A DNA stretch of 64,000 nt from Paraspadella gotoi (taxonomy: Eukaryota > Animalia > Chaetognatha): contig CM119270.1 of the NCBI GenBank assembly GCA_051294375.1, positions 11,724,416 to 11,788,415 on the forward strand, read 5' to 3'. The translations under genes were made by a program, and so were the position numbers. Below, one piece after another: positions 37,695-52,765 of the stretch. Position 1 is the first letter of the stretch; the number at the start of each line of letters is the position of its first letter. The notes below the pieces were generated by a model. It did no database searches, had not been told where the DNA came from, and saw nothing but the letters and a program-made list of their open reading frames with translations.

Positions 37695-38561
37695 ACTTCT
37701 TGCACTTTCAAATTGGCCCAATCTGCTATAAATATAAGACTTATAAATGAAGAACGCAATTGCTGAAGACTCTCGTTTTACTGAGCCTCACTTGGTTTTT
37801 ATACTCTAATCATTTATTCACGAATAAAAGAGGAAACAAAGGAATCAGCGAACAATGGGTGATAATGATATCTTTGCCTTTAATCTTCTAGGTACCACCA
37901 AGCGACCCTCCTCGTCGTTCCAAAACTTTTGTAACCTCTTACGTAAACTCATTGCAAATTATTGTTTAAAAAAATATTTATTATAATTAACTTCTAATAA
38001 GAGACGGAACATTCTTACTCATCAATCTTAGGCTACTTTTTAAATTTGATTCTATAATTTTAATTCCCTCATTACCTGCTCATTTGTTTTACGGGTTCTA
38101 AATGCGAACGAACTCTATTGTAACTTTTTCGAATAAAAAATAAACGTAAGAGCATCGCAACGGAAGGATTTTTACTTTTTGGAAGAACGAAAACATTTTC
38201 GACGCGCTCGATACGCGATAAATGACAAAAAATAGCGAAAATAATCGTCTTACCCTGGGGTTTTACCGAATGCTGAATACTTTAGATCGAAATCATACTT
38301 TTTTTAACGAATGAAGTCGTAAATGAAAATAATTCCCAATTTTTTTACCGAAAAAAAGTTACTACATTTTCTAGGCAAGTGGCCGAAGAGGTAAGTTGAA
38401 TGAGGACTAAGTTGTACCAAGGAAAGTTTTATATTATGATAAAAAATAACGGAAATGAAAAAAAAAGACTTAAATAAAGGCTTCATTTTAATTGATTCAT
38501 TAAACAAAAGACAAACGTTCATTCCGAATTCATTTACACGACAGAGACAGAGACGATCGAA

Positions 38562-38728
38562 ATGGATCTGTTCTGCCTGCGCATGTGCTGCGAACGCGAG
38601 GAGAAGGGCGGCACGGGCGAAGACGCGTCTCCTCTCATCAAACGAAAAAACAAAGATGGCGTCGCAGGGGATGACGAAGACGATTTGAGACTCTTGGCCT
38701 CCGAAGGAGAGGAGTGGGACAAACGTAA

Positions 38729-38827
<99 letters not shown>

Positions 38828-40550
38828 TAAGCGAGAAAATGGTTGAACGAATGATATAAAAACTTTTAAAAAATGAGACAGCAATGAATGAAATGAATCG
38901 CTAAAAAATTGCAAAGGGCAATAAAAAGAAATGGACAGAAACATGAAAAAATGGAGGAGAGAGAGAGAGTGAGAGAAAAGGAGAGAAGAGAGAGAGAGAG
39001 AAGAGAAGAGAGGAGGAGAGAGAGAGAGAGAGAGAGAGGGAGAAGGAGGAAGAAGAGATAAATAGAAAAAAAAGAAAAAGAAGAGTTAAATAGAGAAAGA
39101 AAAGAAAAGAGATAAATAGAGAAAGGAGGAAAAGAAAGGTACAAGTTGGACCGAGTGTTGCGTCGTCGGTCGTTTCAATCTTTATTGTTCTCTTAAGGTC
39201 CTTTAATGGTTAAATAATTTTCACGTTTATTCGCGTTTTTATCTTTTGTTTGGTCATTTACGGTCCATTCGTGGTTAAAGTACTATAGGTTTGTTACCTC
39301 ATTTGATATTTTGCTTAAACTATTATTATCGAAGGAGGATTCGATCATTGTTTTAGTGATTTTCAGAATTCATTTAATAGTCAGTTGTGGACGCAACAAG
39401 TTTTAGAGTAAGAATGTTGCGTCCACACAGTATTCTTTTTTTTTTTGAATAAGTTGCGTCTCTCGATTCTCGTTTCTCGTCAAAGATTACTCTCACTCTC
39501 TCCTCGATATATTTTTATCCTCTTATTGCTTCTTTCCCTCATTTCATTCTCATTTCTCTCCCATAAATTATCTTATTTTCACATTCGTTTTCTTTTCTTC
39601 CCTTTCACCTTCCTCTTCTCTCTCGCGCCCTCTCCCTTCTCACCTTCAGTCTCACCCATCCGAGCTTTCAGAGCCCAATTCGCCGACCCGTTTCGTCGAA
39701 AACTCTTTTACACGGAACCGCTCGCCGACAAAGAGAATCTTCTTTCCCAAAAACGACGCTTCTCCGTCTTCCGCCGCTGCCGCTGCCGCTGCTGCCCGCC
39801 GCAGCGGCCGCCGCCGCCGCTTCCGACGGAACCATTCGCGGTGCCGCTGGATCGTCCCGGCGACGTCGACTTGGCCCTGAGCGGCGCGGCGGGCGCGGCG
39901 TCGGTGGCAGCGGGCGTCAATCCTAACGTCATCACCCAACATGTCGCTCACCGGACGCCGCCGAATAAGCGAAGTCAGCGGGTAGGCCTCATCGGCTAGC
40001 AGCATGAGCGGCGTCGCCAGCGTTGGGAAAGGAGCCAGTCCGAGGTTGGACGAGAGGGGCACTATTTTCCGAAAGCGCCCCATTTTCTGATTCTAAAACT
40101 TTAACTTAAGTAAAACCTTAATCTTTTTTTCAAAGTGTTTAAACTTCAATCCAATTCATCCTAACCTAATCGATAACTCTCATAGGAATATTCCTTATAT
40201 TCCTAATATTCCTAACCTAATATAGGAATATTCTATCCTTTATCTAAATCCTTTATTCAGCCATTCCTACTTCCTGTCGCCCCGGCGCGGCGTCGGTTGG
40301 CCCTCGCCCCGATCCGGTATCGTTCTCGGCGCCATGCACCCTTCGCCTCGCCGCCTGGGGCTCGGGGCCGCGACGGGCGCCTCACCGTCGTCGAGAGGGT
40401 CGCCTCGTTGGATCGGGAGGGGATTCTCGACTCGGGGAACGGCGTCGACGAGCTCTTTGGAGGATCGCCTGAGGATGTCGCCCATCTCGAGGAGGCCGAA
40501 GAGCTTCTTGACGGCAGAGTTTGCAGGTGGGGGACGGTGAAGAGAAGAGA

Positions 40551-40604
<54 letters not shown>

Positions 40605-41939
40605 AGAGAGAGAGAGAGAGAGAGAGAGAACGGCAAGTATACAGGCAAACTGACAGAAAGACACATTCAGACGGAGAAACAACAAAAAAAAAAGCCAAAA
40701 ATGTTTTAACTTCCCCGATTCCTCCTCCTCCGCCCCCCACATTTCCACATTCCCCCCCTTTTTTAATTAGGCGCCTCCTCTTTCCGACACCCTCAGGACG
40801 CCCCAACAAGGCGTGGGCGTCGATCCAACCGGAAAGTCGCGGACGTCGAGTCGTCGGGAATCCCACGCCTCGCGAGACGAGAAGACGGATGGAGCAAGAG
40901 GAAATGGAGTTTAACATGTCACAGTTATTTTAAGAGAGGGGAAATATTTTAGAGGCCAAGTAGGTTCTCTAATTTATTTAATGTGATATGGATAGTCCAC
41001 CTGTCCCCGACATATTAGAACGTAGCAAAAGGATTTGCAACAAAGAAAAATACTGAGAGTTCCAAACTAATTATTGTTTTTATGCTTACTTACTGAATAT
41101 GTATTTTTAAGGAACGCGTACGCGATTGGCTCGTCAACGAACGACGAGCGATTTCGGAGGATGTCGGGTTCTCCGTGAAGAATCTTCGTGAAGGAGGATT
41201 CGTCGCTGAAGGAAGAAGTTCCTCGCGCGGGGTTCGTCGCCCGTCAAGGAATCTCCCGCGAAAACAACGCCGGCGAGGGGAAGCCAGGGGACAGAGTCGG
41301 CGCCGATCGTCGTCGAGGAGAAAAAGGCGGAGGAGGCCCGAGGTCAAGGAGAGGGATGCAAGGAGGAAGCGTGGACGGCGCGAGCGGCGGAACAGTTGGC
41401 GCCGTCGCGGCCCACACCGTCTGTCGCGATTTGATCAGAGTCAACTCTTCGATTCGCCGGTTAAACTCATGCAATGTGAACGTTATCGCGAATGAACGTG
41501 ATTCGGCGGTCGTCGGCGTCGGCGGCGGCGCGGCGGCGTGACCGGATCAAATAAGGCGGACAATTTGAAGCAGGATCGCCGCCGGAAGCGGCGATAGAGA
41601 AAGAAGACGCTACTAGGTCGGCGCGGCTGTGCTTCCTCATTAAATAAAACCGATACTCAATCAAATATCAATTAGTCGTTTTCTCTTTTATCCCCTTACC
41701 TTTAGAGGCGTCCAGATCGCGACAAACGTGAACTTCGACCGTCAAGAATTGGCGGCGGGATTTTCTCCCCCAAACCATCTTTCGACCGGACGTCCATCTC
41801 CCGCAGCGGTCGGCAGCACCGGCGTCGGCAGCCTCACGGTCTTGACGGCGAAATGACTCGGATGAGCGTGATGGAGAGGAAGAAGATGCTCAACGTCGCG
41901 GAGACTTGCAAGAAGGACATCGGGGTTTGAAGATTCGAC

Positions 41940-42026
<87 letters not shown>

Positions 42027-42915
42027 AGAGAACGAGCAACCTCCCCCTTCTTTTCCCCAGCGAATCCCCGCTCCGCCTCTCCGGCAAGGCTCTCTCCGTG
42101 ACGAGCCATTCCGGGGAAACGAATCTTGGTGAGCGACGTCGGGTCGACGACGCGTCTTCTCGTCCTTCACCCTCGCCCCGCGTCCGCCTCCGGAGCGCGC
42201 TTTCCCGGCTCCTCACAAACGATCCCTACGCGGAGGAAGGATTTCCCAAGCAGACGCTCAAATCCGCGCCCGTCTGCGCCAATGAGGGGGAGGGCGAAAA
42301 GCCTGGAGGCGGAGATCGCCACGGCGTTGCAGGGCGTGGGCAGGGTGAGGGTGTGGAGAGGATTGTGGTGAGGCAGAGTCCGATATTTTAATTTAGTTTT
42401 ATTGTTTTTTGTGAGTGCGGGACGGTTGGACGGGGATCACCTTTCTTTATTGCTTGCGTTCGATATCCCCGTTCAAAAAAATATCGGTTGAGCTGACGGG
42501 TGATGATTGCGTGTCTGATCGAAATAAGAAATCGCGTGGGATTCGTGAAGCTTTTGGTTTTTTTTAATTTATAATTTATCGGTGTTTCCATCGAAAAACG
42601 ATTATAGCAATATCATAACAAACAAGGACAATAACAACAATTGTTGGTTTCGTTCTTAAGGCCTGGATCCTTCCAAGAGTTGGCTGGATTCCGCCTCTCG
42701 TTCCTGCGCCCCCCCCAGGCATCGGCGGCTTCAGCAGCTGCAGCAACAGCAGCATCTTTCGCCGCATCAGCATCCGGATTTTACTTTCGAACGACGAAGT
42801 GAAGCGATCGTTGAGCGAGATCCGACGTGGTTCCGAAGCGATGGTGGAGTCGAGGGAAGATCGATGCGAGGTGAAGAGGGTTGGGGATTGGAGGGTGGGG
42901 TCATTGGGGTTATAA
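38562..42915 (+). CDS. Multi-exon gene for a low-complexity, likely disordered protein of unknown function (copy A, many indels)
   Basis: First exon MDLFCLRMCCEREEKGG...; GC-rich exons at ~39.7, 40.3, 40.8, 41.1, 41.7, 42.06 and 42.66 kb bounded by AG/GT; last exon AWILPRVGWIPP...GSLGL-stop. Confidence 0.55.
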
Positions 42916-43610
42916 ATGGTGAGAGAACCTGGTGAACCACTTTAAAAGTGGGACCAGAGAAATTGTCATTATCAGAGCGGCCTGATACTACTTGGTAATT
43001 TTTTTTATTCAGCTTTTTCTTGATCGATCTGATTATTTAAGTAAAATTCTATGATCACTGGATGGCTTTCGAGTTAGCCCTCGATCGTTTTAAACTGTAA
43101 AATCCTTAATGTGAACGACTTTCTCGCTGGTCTTTAGTACTAAAAATAAAAAAGTAGAGGTGAGTCAAATTTCGCGAGTAACGATTCGCCGACACAGAAG
43201 CCAAGTCCCCTTTTGGGTGAGAGAATAAATAATTATTAATCATCTAATCAATTCTGACGACTTCTGCTGTTAAATTCTCCCTTCCTTTCTCTCTCTCTCT
43301 TCTCTTTCTCTTCTTTCTCTTCTCTTCTCTTCTCTTCTCTTCTCTCTCTTCTCTTCTCTTCTCTTCTCTTTTATTTTCTTTCTTATTCTCTCCGGATCAT
43401 CCTCCCAGACTCCGATCAAACCCGAAGATGAGTAATAGTTAATGAGGTAGATAATTTAAACGCTCGCCGAATAATCTTGCCCAAGAAAGTAAGGGTAGAT
43501 TGATGTCATAAATTTATATAATTTTTTCTATCTTACTTATCAAATTATCGATCTTAACGCTAAGAGGAAGAAAAAAATCTCTCTCTACTCTCTCTCTCTC
43601 TCTTCTCTTT

Positions 43611-43709
<99 letters not shown>

Positions 43710-43751
43710 CCTTTTCGTGCTCGTTTTGATAAAGTTCATCGCTTAATACAG

Positions 43752-46700
43752 GTTGTCCCTCCGCTGAGAAAACGTAAACAACAACGCAGAAACGGTGGAC
43801 TATTGGCCGACCTACGAATACGACGACGACAACGACGACGACGATTTCGGCTTTTGGCGACGACGACGACGACGACGACAACAACAACAACAACAAGGAC
43901 AAAGTGGAGAAAAAAGGAAAAAAATAATGAGGAAGACGAAGGAGAAGCGTGGCTTCGACAGGGGGAAGGTCACGGCAAAGGCGAAAAGAAGGAAGACGCC
44001 GGGGTCGGCGGCGGCGTCGGCGGCGGCGCTGGCGCGTCGGTGGGTGTCGACTCGCGAAGAGAAAGTCCTTCAACGAGAGTCGATTCGTCCTCGGAAGGAA
44101 GAAAAGAATATCGTCCTTTGACGCGAGGGGGAGACGAGAAGTGGGGCGGTCGCCGCTTCAGCCGCCGCCACCGCCGCGGCCCGCTGCCTTGCCCAACTCG
44201 TCCTTGGGAAGGAAAAGGAAAAAGGGGCGTGGCCGTGGCGGTAAGCGACGAGATCGCGTCGAAAATCTGGAGAAAGCGCGCGGAGGGCGTCGTCGTCCGC
44301 CGTGAGGAGGGACGAGGCCAGACGACGATCGGCGAAGGGCGGAGGATGGAATCCTTGGGGGCGGAATGGAGAGAGGCCTCGAGGGAAGTGCGAGTTGATG
44401 AGGAAGATAGAGATTGAGACGGAGGAAAGATCGAAACACGGACGCCATTTTACTAATGAGAAGGAAAGAGTGAGTCAGAGAGATTCCGATTTCGGCTGCT
44501 GGAGGAAGTGGGCGGGTCACAAAGATACCAGTCCACTGGGTGTAACAAAGATGCCGATGAAAACGATGCCTGTTTATCGTTATGTAAGAAGAAGCCAGTC
44601 GGAGAGACGCCAGTTTAAGGAAAGGTAAAAAAGATGGTGGACAAAAAAGGAGCCAGTTTAGCTTTAGGAAAAAAAGAGGCCGGTCAAAAAGATGACAGTT
44701 CGACGATGGGTAAACAAAGAAGGCCGTCAAAAAAGTGAGAGTTTAACCGGTAGTAGAAGGAGCCTGATGCAAAAAGATGGTAGTTTTAACTGTAGGTAAG
44801 AAGGAGCCTGTGCAAAAGATGGTAGTTTAACTATGGGCGAAAGGAGACCAGTTTAAAAAGATACAAGTTTTTTGGCACGAGAGAATCTCGTCGAAAGGAG
44901 GTTGGATTTGCGTGGCTAAAAGAGAAACTGAACAAAAAGATTTTAGTTCCGCAAAAAGTCAAAACGAGGCGAGTCATAAGACACCAGCTTTTGGCAAGAA
45001 GATTGAGGCACGTCGAAAATGCTATGGTGAAAGAGTTACGAGCATGGCTAGTGCAAGAGGAGCGAGTCTGAAACAAGCCAACTTTGGGGTGGTAGGAAAG
45101 GAGGCCAGTCCAAAAATTGCCATCTATTGCAGCGTGAAAAAGAGGCCGGTTAAAACCAGAAATCCTGTCGGCGAGTGGCGAAGAGACCAGTTTTGTAGCC
45201 CGAGATAAAGAGACTATTCAAAAACTGACAATTTTGTGAAGGAAGTTATTCAAAAAATCCGAGTGTGGAGCAAGATTGATTGAACCAATTCATAAAACCG
45301 TTGTATCGAAAAAAATAAATAAAAATAGTCAAAATAACTCGAATTTCATTGAAGAAGAACATCATGCAGTGCAAAGGATTTATTCTCAGACAAAAGAGGA
45401 ATGAGTGTTCACAAGCTTCGCTTTTAAAGTCTTTAAAATAGATGCCATTCAAGAGATGTGGTTACACAGAAGGAGGGGAAGGAGCTTTTAAAAAAGATAC
45501 TGTCTGCACAAAAAAAGCAGAACAGCCGTACAAATAGCTACAAAATTTCGCTGAAGAACGAAGAGAAGCCTTTGTAAAAGATGCTAACTGTACGAAAGAA
45601 AGTACCATGGCCATTAAAAAAATTCTGACAATCTGGAAAAAAGGGAAGAAGCCATTCAAAAAGGTATTGGTAATACAAAAGAAACGGTAGAACCGTTCAA
45701 AAAAATGCCCAGCAACACTGGAGAGGGAAAAGGCCGAAAGAAAGGAAGAGAGCTTGACGGAAGAAGGCGAGGATGATGCTCGCTCAAAGACGTCAGCTTC
45801 GTAGTGATAGAGATGGAATTGGAAGAGGAGTACGAAACTACGACGGATTTGTTGAGATTGGAAACGTTGATTGGCGCGAGTCCGGAGACAAGAATGACGG
45901 ACGAGGGGAAAAATCTGGAAGGAGGAGAAAAAAGGAGACGAAGAAATCGGAGGAAAGGAGGAAGAAAAGGAAAAAGAAAAAGTGGAGAGGAGGAAGAATC
46001 TCGACGGAGACTCATCGATACGGTGAATAAAAATAGATTTATGTTTTGTGTTGAAGGTTTATATTTTTTTTTTAAACAGAAAGGAACCTAAGTTTTTTTT
46101 ATTCTCTCTTTCATCCTCTCGCTCTCGTGTTTTTGTATCATCATCGTCGTTATTCTCCGACGTCTTTCTTAACGTCTTCATCGCGCGATATTCTTGCTTC
46201 CGAGACAGTAGTCATTAACCTTTTGCCACTTTAAAGGGAAGACTCGTTATGGCGATGATCGAGGCAAACTTAAACCTCGCGTCTTTTGTTTTTTGAATAG
46301 TGGCTTTTTTTCGCAATACTCAATAATTTTTAAGTTTGAAACAAAAAGGTAACTAATCGGCATATAACGTCTGAGAAGACAAAATATGGTTCAAACTGCC
46401 GACGTTCTTATTTGGTCGTTGACTCTTCTTCTTGCAGAATCGGCAACGACGACAACGAACGGAGGCAGATACGGCGACAAAGACGACGAAGACGACTCCT
46501 CTCCAGCGACGAAGAAAAGGAGTGACGAGCCAGGGTTCTGTCAAAATGTCTCCGCCGGAACGGAAGTGACGCAGACACCGGCGGCGACGGAAGCCCGCGA
46601 CGTTGACGCCGCGACCAGAGACGGCGTTGTTGCGGCTGCGACAGAGGCCGGCGTCGTGGATGAAATAAGATGGCGGAAGCGGCGGCGGCAGCGGCGCAGC

Positions 46701-48225
46701 GGCGGCGTCGCAGGAGCGTCCGGAGCAGATGGCAGAAGTGAGACGCGAAAGAGAGAGAGACAGACGCAGACGACGAAGACGAGGAATCAGAAAAAGGCGA
46801 ACGTGAGACGTGAAGTGAGAGTCGGTGAGGTGAGTCACGAACTCACGAGTAATTTTGTGATGTGAATATTTTGAAGGATTTGTCTGAATGAGAGAATCAG
46901 GAATTAGTGAAAACTATTTCTAAGTCGTCATTAGTTCATTAGTAAATTCTCGTGATCATTGACTAAATTTTTTTATTAGTAATTTTGACCCCCTGATCGA
47001 TTTGATACGCGGTTCATCGATGTGATAACTCACAATACATCTCTCTCTTTTCATTGCGACCACCTTTTTCCCTTGGTGGAAAGATCAAGGTCAGCGGGTG
47101 AAGGTCAGGGTGAAGGTCAGGTGAAGGTCAAAAAGAGTCTCGGGGTCCACGCCACCAAAATTCGATCCGGTAACGACGTCCGAGGAGGGCGAAGGAGAGG
47201 AAAATAGGGATAAGACTGAGGAAGGAGAGAAGGAAGAAGCAGATGTCACTCTGGTGGATGAATCCCCCCTGTCGAGATGATGTTTTTTGGTGAGGGAGGA
47301 GAGGTGGGGGAGAGGGAGGGAGGCTATCGCGTTTACCGCTCCACAATGCCAACGCCTAAAACGTTATGTTAATGGAGTAGCTGGATTGACTCTTAATAAA
47401 ATTAGAAAAGGGATTGAGATCCTGGACTTTACACCCAATTCTTTTCCCGCCCCTCGCCTTCTCTTCCTTCAGCCAACTACCAACCACTCGACACTTGTTA
47501 TCGCCCACTTCTCCGCGGCGCCCTTTCCGCCGCGTCTTCTTCCTCTTCCGGCGCCATCTGGTTGACACCGACCATCGGCGCCGTCCTCATCTTCGGAGCC
47601 GTCGTTCTTCCTCCGAACGACGCCGTCATCTTTCGCCGCGAAAGGTCGTTGGGGATCGATTGAAGGGGATGTGACGACCGACGACTCGACAACGACGAAC
47701 GGCGATGCTGGCGAATCTCGAAGCGGCCGTCGAAGACTCGAGGTCAGGGCGCGAGGCGTTGGAAGTGGGCGTGGCGGAGCCGATCACCCCGACGGTTTGC
47801 CCAAGCGTTCTTCGACGCTCTCGCGACGCCAACGTCGCCGGGGTCGTGGAAGCGTCGTCGACGCCGCCGACGGCGCCGCCTTCATCGCCGACGAAGAGGA
47901 TAGCGTCGGCCCTGCATCAAGAGCGCGGCGGAAGCGCCGGAGCCGCAGCGGGCGAAATCGCCCTGTCGGAGGTCGACGTCGTCGTCGTCGTAATCGTCGT
48001 CCGAAACCGCGCCGATAAAGAGTCGACTCGCTCGATGAGTCCGTCGACTCCTCCCCTGGAGGATCCGCGCATGCGTGTCCTTCTCCCGACGAATGCTTGA
48101 AAATGGTGGAGGAGGCCGCAGGCAGCAGTGGGCGATGCAACAGATGGAGGAACAGATGCAGAGATGCAACAGCAGCGAGAAGAGCTTCGGGAAGAGGAAG
48201 GAGAACGCGAAGTTCGCTCGATTGA
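43752..48225 (+). CDS. Same large disordered-protein gene, copy A (heavily frameshifted)
   Basis: Aligns by eye to 56862-61345 with many single-base indels. Confidence 0.6.
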
Positions 48226-48649
48226 GGTTCGTAGGAGACGATTAATAACACAACAACAACTACAACAACGAAATCGGTCGGAATCTCGAAAGGAAAATAC
48301 AGCGAAAAATCGATAATCTTTTCGTCTTAGATCCGGAAGTTTGAGCGAAGCGGTCACGCAACCCGGAGCGCGAGAGAACGCAGCTTTTACGAGTCGTTTC
48401 AACTTGTTTTTTTTTTTCCATTGGCCTAAATTTTAATGCTTTTCGCGATGTTATATGGTGGTTTAATATTTTTTTCCCGTAGATTATAACTCGTTGGTGT
48501 TGGACTTTCAAAAAGCGAATTTTATTATCATTTTATATCGTGGTAGAAATTATAATTGGATTTGACGAGAATTGGAAACTTACGGGTATATTATTTTTTT
48601 AGAGGGTGTTGAAAATGAACTTTTTAGGTAGACAACATCATTTTATTAT

Positions 48650-49093
48650 CTTCGAATTAATTTCTGACGAGTACAATGGTTTTCTAGAAAATCAGTCAGA
48701 TCACCTACGCTACGCCGTAGCCTACGGTTCTGAGTTGCACGGACCCCAATTCGAATGTTTGTTTGTCTCTTTTCTTTCTTGTCCTCCTCGTATTTCCTCC
48801 ACGACGATGGCTTCTCCCCTTAATGTTATGTTTCTCTCTTATTTCTTTCGACGCTTCCTCCGTTTTTCTCCGTTTTCTTTTTTTTCCTCTTTCCTCGTTT
48901 TTTCTCCTTTTTCCTCTTTTCCTCCTTTTTTCTCCTTTTTCCTCCATTCATTCATCCCATTTTTTCCTTGTTTTTTCTACTCCGATTTTTCCGAATTATT
49001 CTCCAGCTTTCCACCATTTTCGCAGACACTTCTCTCTCTCTCTCCTCTCTCTCTCTCGCCTCGTCTCTCTCTCTCTCTCTCTTCTCTCTCTCC

Positions 49094-49124
<31 letters not shown>

Positions 49125-50544
49125 CATCTCTCCCAATTGTCGCTTCTTTTTTCCTCCTTGACACAACTGCTTCCTTCACTTTTTTTATTCACTCTGTGGC
49201 GTCAACTGCCCTGGGGTTATATCTTATACGTCTCTTTTTCACCATCCGAGTGTTAGAAATTTATTCCACTTTTATTCTATGTTCCAGCGACTAACGATAC
49301 TAATTTAATTTATATAAACATTTAAAGTTAATTAGATTAGCTTTTCACCCAATTAACTCTACTAACTCGGCCACACACTCGACTCACCGATTCTCTTCAC
49401 GTTCACCGACTCTTTCACCTTCGGGTCCATTCGACCCTCATATCGCCGGGTGACCTTTATCCATGTCCGATTGACCTCTCCCTCGCCCGCCTCGCCGCCC
49501 GCCTAGCCCTGTCGAGTCTCTCAAGTTTGCCGGACCCGTTTTCCTTTTCCAACGTCCGCTACCTCTGGGAGGGGTGGGTATCCAGTTCAGATTTCCCTCA
49601 AAAATTTCTCGTTCTGTGAAAGTTATATTTTTAGTTAAGTGTATGCTTAATTTAATACCTGTGCTGCATTATAGACAGATGTATTTAATTAGTATAGTTT
49701 CAAGCCTTGTAATAAATGCTGCGTAGGACGATGGTCAATGGATCCTGTTTAACGCGTAAGTGCAACTTAAAAAAAAAGGGTGTCTTATTTGGGTGTGAAT
49801 AAATCGAGCGTTCACTGTACTTAGTAAAAGGAACATATATCAGGAATCGTTGCTACTTTTTCCTTCACTTTTCTTTCCTTTTCTTCTCTTTTTTTTAATT
49901 CCGCTTCTCTTTCCTCCCTTCGAGTTTTTGTTTTGTTCCGCAGGCGCTGACTTCAACTAATCCAAGGTCTTCGTTTCTTCGCATTTTGCTCCGGTTTCTT
50001 AGGTTATTTCCTTTTCCTTATTTCCTCGTCCTCTCTAATTTCTCATTAAAATTGCCAGTTTTAATTTTCCTTATTTCATCTAGTTTTTTTTTTTCGCATC
50101 TACATTTTGCTTTGCTCGAGAATTAGTAGATCATTAGTCATGCACCGATGCTTGGAGTCATTATCGCCCTCATCAACCTTAAACCTGGATATAAATTATT
50201 AAATTAAAACTTTATTGGCGAGTTTATTCATGAATCTCTACGTCATTATCAGCAATAAGATCTTACGTGGATAAGAGCCTCTTCATACACTCAAGTGTTC
50301 GTTACTTCCCACAGGCCGAGAACGGTCTCACGGATCCCCCTTTCCGCGTTAGACCCCATTTAAGATCCGGTCTATACACGCCCTTTTCACGCCACAATTA
50401 CCGGCAATACGCGCACTTTCGAGCCACACTCGCGCCAGGTCGAGACAGACTCGTCTTGCATAATCGCCCCATTACGAAATGCCTTTGATTTCATGAGTGA
50501 ACCGGGACGGGGAAAAAAAGACGACGACGATGCGACAGCAGCAA

Positions 50545-50579
<35 letters not shown>

Positions 50580-50650
50580 TTGAGAGGAGATGGCGTCTAG
50601 AAAAGAAAGTCGACTTTGGCGACGATGAGGACTTTGAAGAGCTTGACGGT
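48650..50650 (-). other. Possible multi-exon gene of unknown function (duplicate ~61780-63810)
   Basis: GC-richer blocks with minus-strand GTAAG/GTGAG donors (e.g. near 50262 and 49383); no recognisable domain; frames broken. Confidence 0.25.
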
Positions 50651-51867
50651 CTCAAAAAATGAAGAGGGTTCGAATAATTAGTTAAGTATAGTTGTATACA
50701 ATATATGGTTGTATACAAGGTGCATATATACTATCTATTCCAAGCCTCAAGGAAAGAATATCAAAAGTTAAAAACAGAGGGAGGGCGGCACTAAACAAGT
50801 AAAAAGAGAGAGATTGAGAGAGAAAAGAGAAAGCGCGAGAAAAAGAGAGCTCAGTAACCGGCTTGACTCCCGATTGCTTAAAACAATGAAAATCGTGCAT
50901 TGACCCCTTGTCTTGGAAACCTTCGAAGCCACAAAACTTTTATCTTTGTCCTTTTGGCTGTTGCAACAGTTTGAATTGAGAGGTTTACGCCCTGGCACTT
51001 CCAACAGGAAGCGCGCAGCTTCCACAAAATCGTGACAATAGCAACACTTGACGTCTTTTGTTTTTCGATGAAATCGAAACGGAAATGATTCGTCTCTCGC
51101 TCGATGGACGAAATCGCTAGAGGGCAGGAGTCGAAACTCGATGCAAAAAAGACGAGAGAATCAATTGTCTTTGACCAAAGGCAATCGCACGCTCCGTTTG
51201 AGAGGAACGAAGACGGCGATGAGACGACTCGATGCGCGCGGAGAAAAAAAGAAAGTTGACCTAGAAAAAAAAACAAAAGGGAAAGGATAAATCATAGACA
51301 GGAACGAAGGAGAAAAAAATGAAGAAGTGTCAGTGAAATAAATAAAAAGGGAAGGAAGAATGGATTCTGGAGAGTTTAGATTAATCCAGAAAATTGTCGA
51401 AAAAGAGAGCTAAATAAATACAGAAAATAATATATCAACTGAATAATAAGGTTTTTGAGATTGCATAAAGTGAATAAAGTATCATTTTTGTGACTCAAAT
51501 CACATATAGTAGATTTCACCACTCAACGGTTTGAATATATGTTACAAACTGCTGAAAGAAGAGTTTGAAGCGAGCCAACGAGTTAAGGGAAGGTGAGTTC
51601 AGTTCAAACAGCTGTCGATGTAAATACAGAAAAAAGGATAAAGATAAAAAAGAGAAGAAGACAAGGACATCAGGACAAATCCGAACTCGTCAGAGAATGT
51701 AATAACGATGATGAAAATTTAAAGCAGACAATAAAACAGACAATGACGAGAACTAACGATGATNNNNNNNNNNNNNNNNNNNNNNNNNAGAGATGAGCAG
51801 GAGAGAGATAGAGAGGAGAGATGATGATGAGAGAAAGAGAGAGAGAGAGAGAGGAAGAGAGGAGGGG

Positions 51868-51912
<45 letters not shown>

Positions 51913-52765
51913 AAATAAGCGAGAAAATGGTTGAACGAATGATATAAAAACTTTTAAAAAATGAGACAGCAATGAATGAAATGAATCGCTAAAAATTAAA
52001 GGGCAATAAAAAGAAATGGACAGAAACATGAAAAAATTGGAGAGGGAGAGAGATGTGGGAGAGTATGAGGAGATGGAGAGAGGAGGAGACGGGAGAGAAG
52101 CATGAGAGATGAGAGAGAAGAGAGAGAGGAGAGAGAGAGAGAGAGAAGGAAAGAAATAAATAGAGAAAGAAAAAGAAAGAGTTAAATAGAGAAAGAAAAA
52201 GAAAGAGATAAATAGAGAAAGGAGGAAAAGAAAGGTACAAGTTGGACCGAGTGTTGCGCCGTCGGTCGTTTCAATCTTTATTGTTCTCTTAAGGTCCTTT
52301 AATGGTTAATAATTTTCACGTTTATTCGCGTTTTTATCTTTTGTTTGGTCATTTACGGTCCATTCGTGTTAAGTACTATAGTTTGTTACCTCATTTGATA
52401 TTTTGCTTAAACTATTATTATCGAAGGAGGATTCGATCATTGTTTTAGTGATTTTCAGAATTCATTTAATAGTCAGTTGTGGACGCAACAAGTTTTAGAG
52501 TAAGAATGTTGCGTCCACACAGTATTCTTTTTATTTTTGAATAACGTTGGTCCTCGATTCTCGTTATCTCGTCAAAGATTACTCTCACTCTCTCCTCGAT
52601 ATTATTTTTATCCTCTTATTGCTTCTTTCCCTCATTTCATTCTCATTTCTCTCCCATAAATTATCTTTATTTTCACATTCGTTTTCTTTTCTTCCCTTTC
52701 ACCTTCCTCTTCTCTCTCGCGCCCTCTCCCTTCTCACCTTCAGTCTCACCCATCCGAGCTTTCAG

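Noticed and set aside
50878-51760. ORFs 50878-51276 and 51593-51796
   Set aside because: No recognisable domain, strand ambiguous, adjacent to a gap
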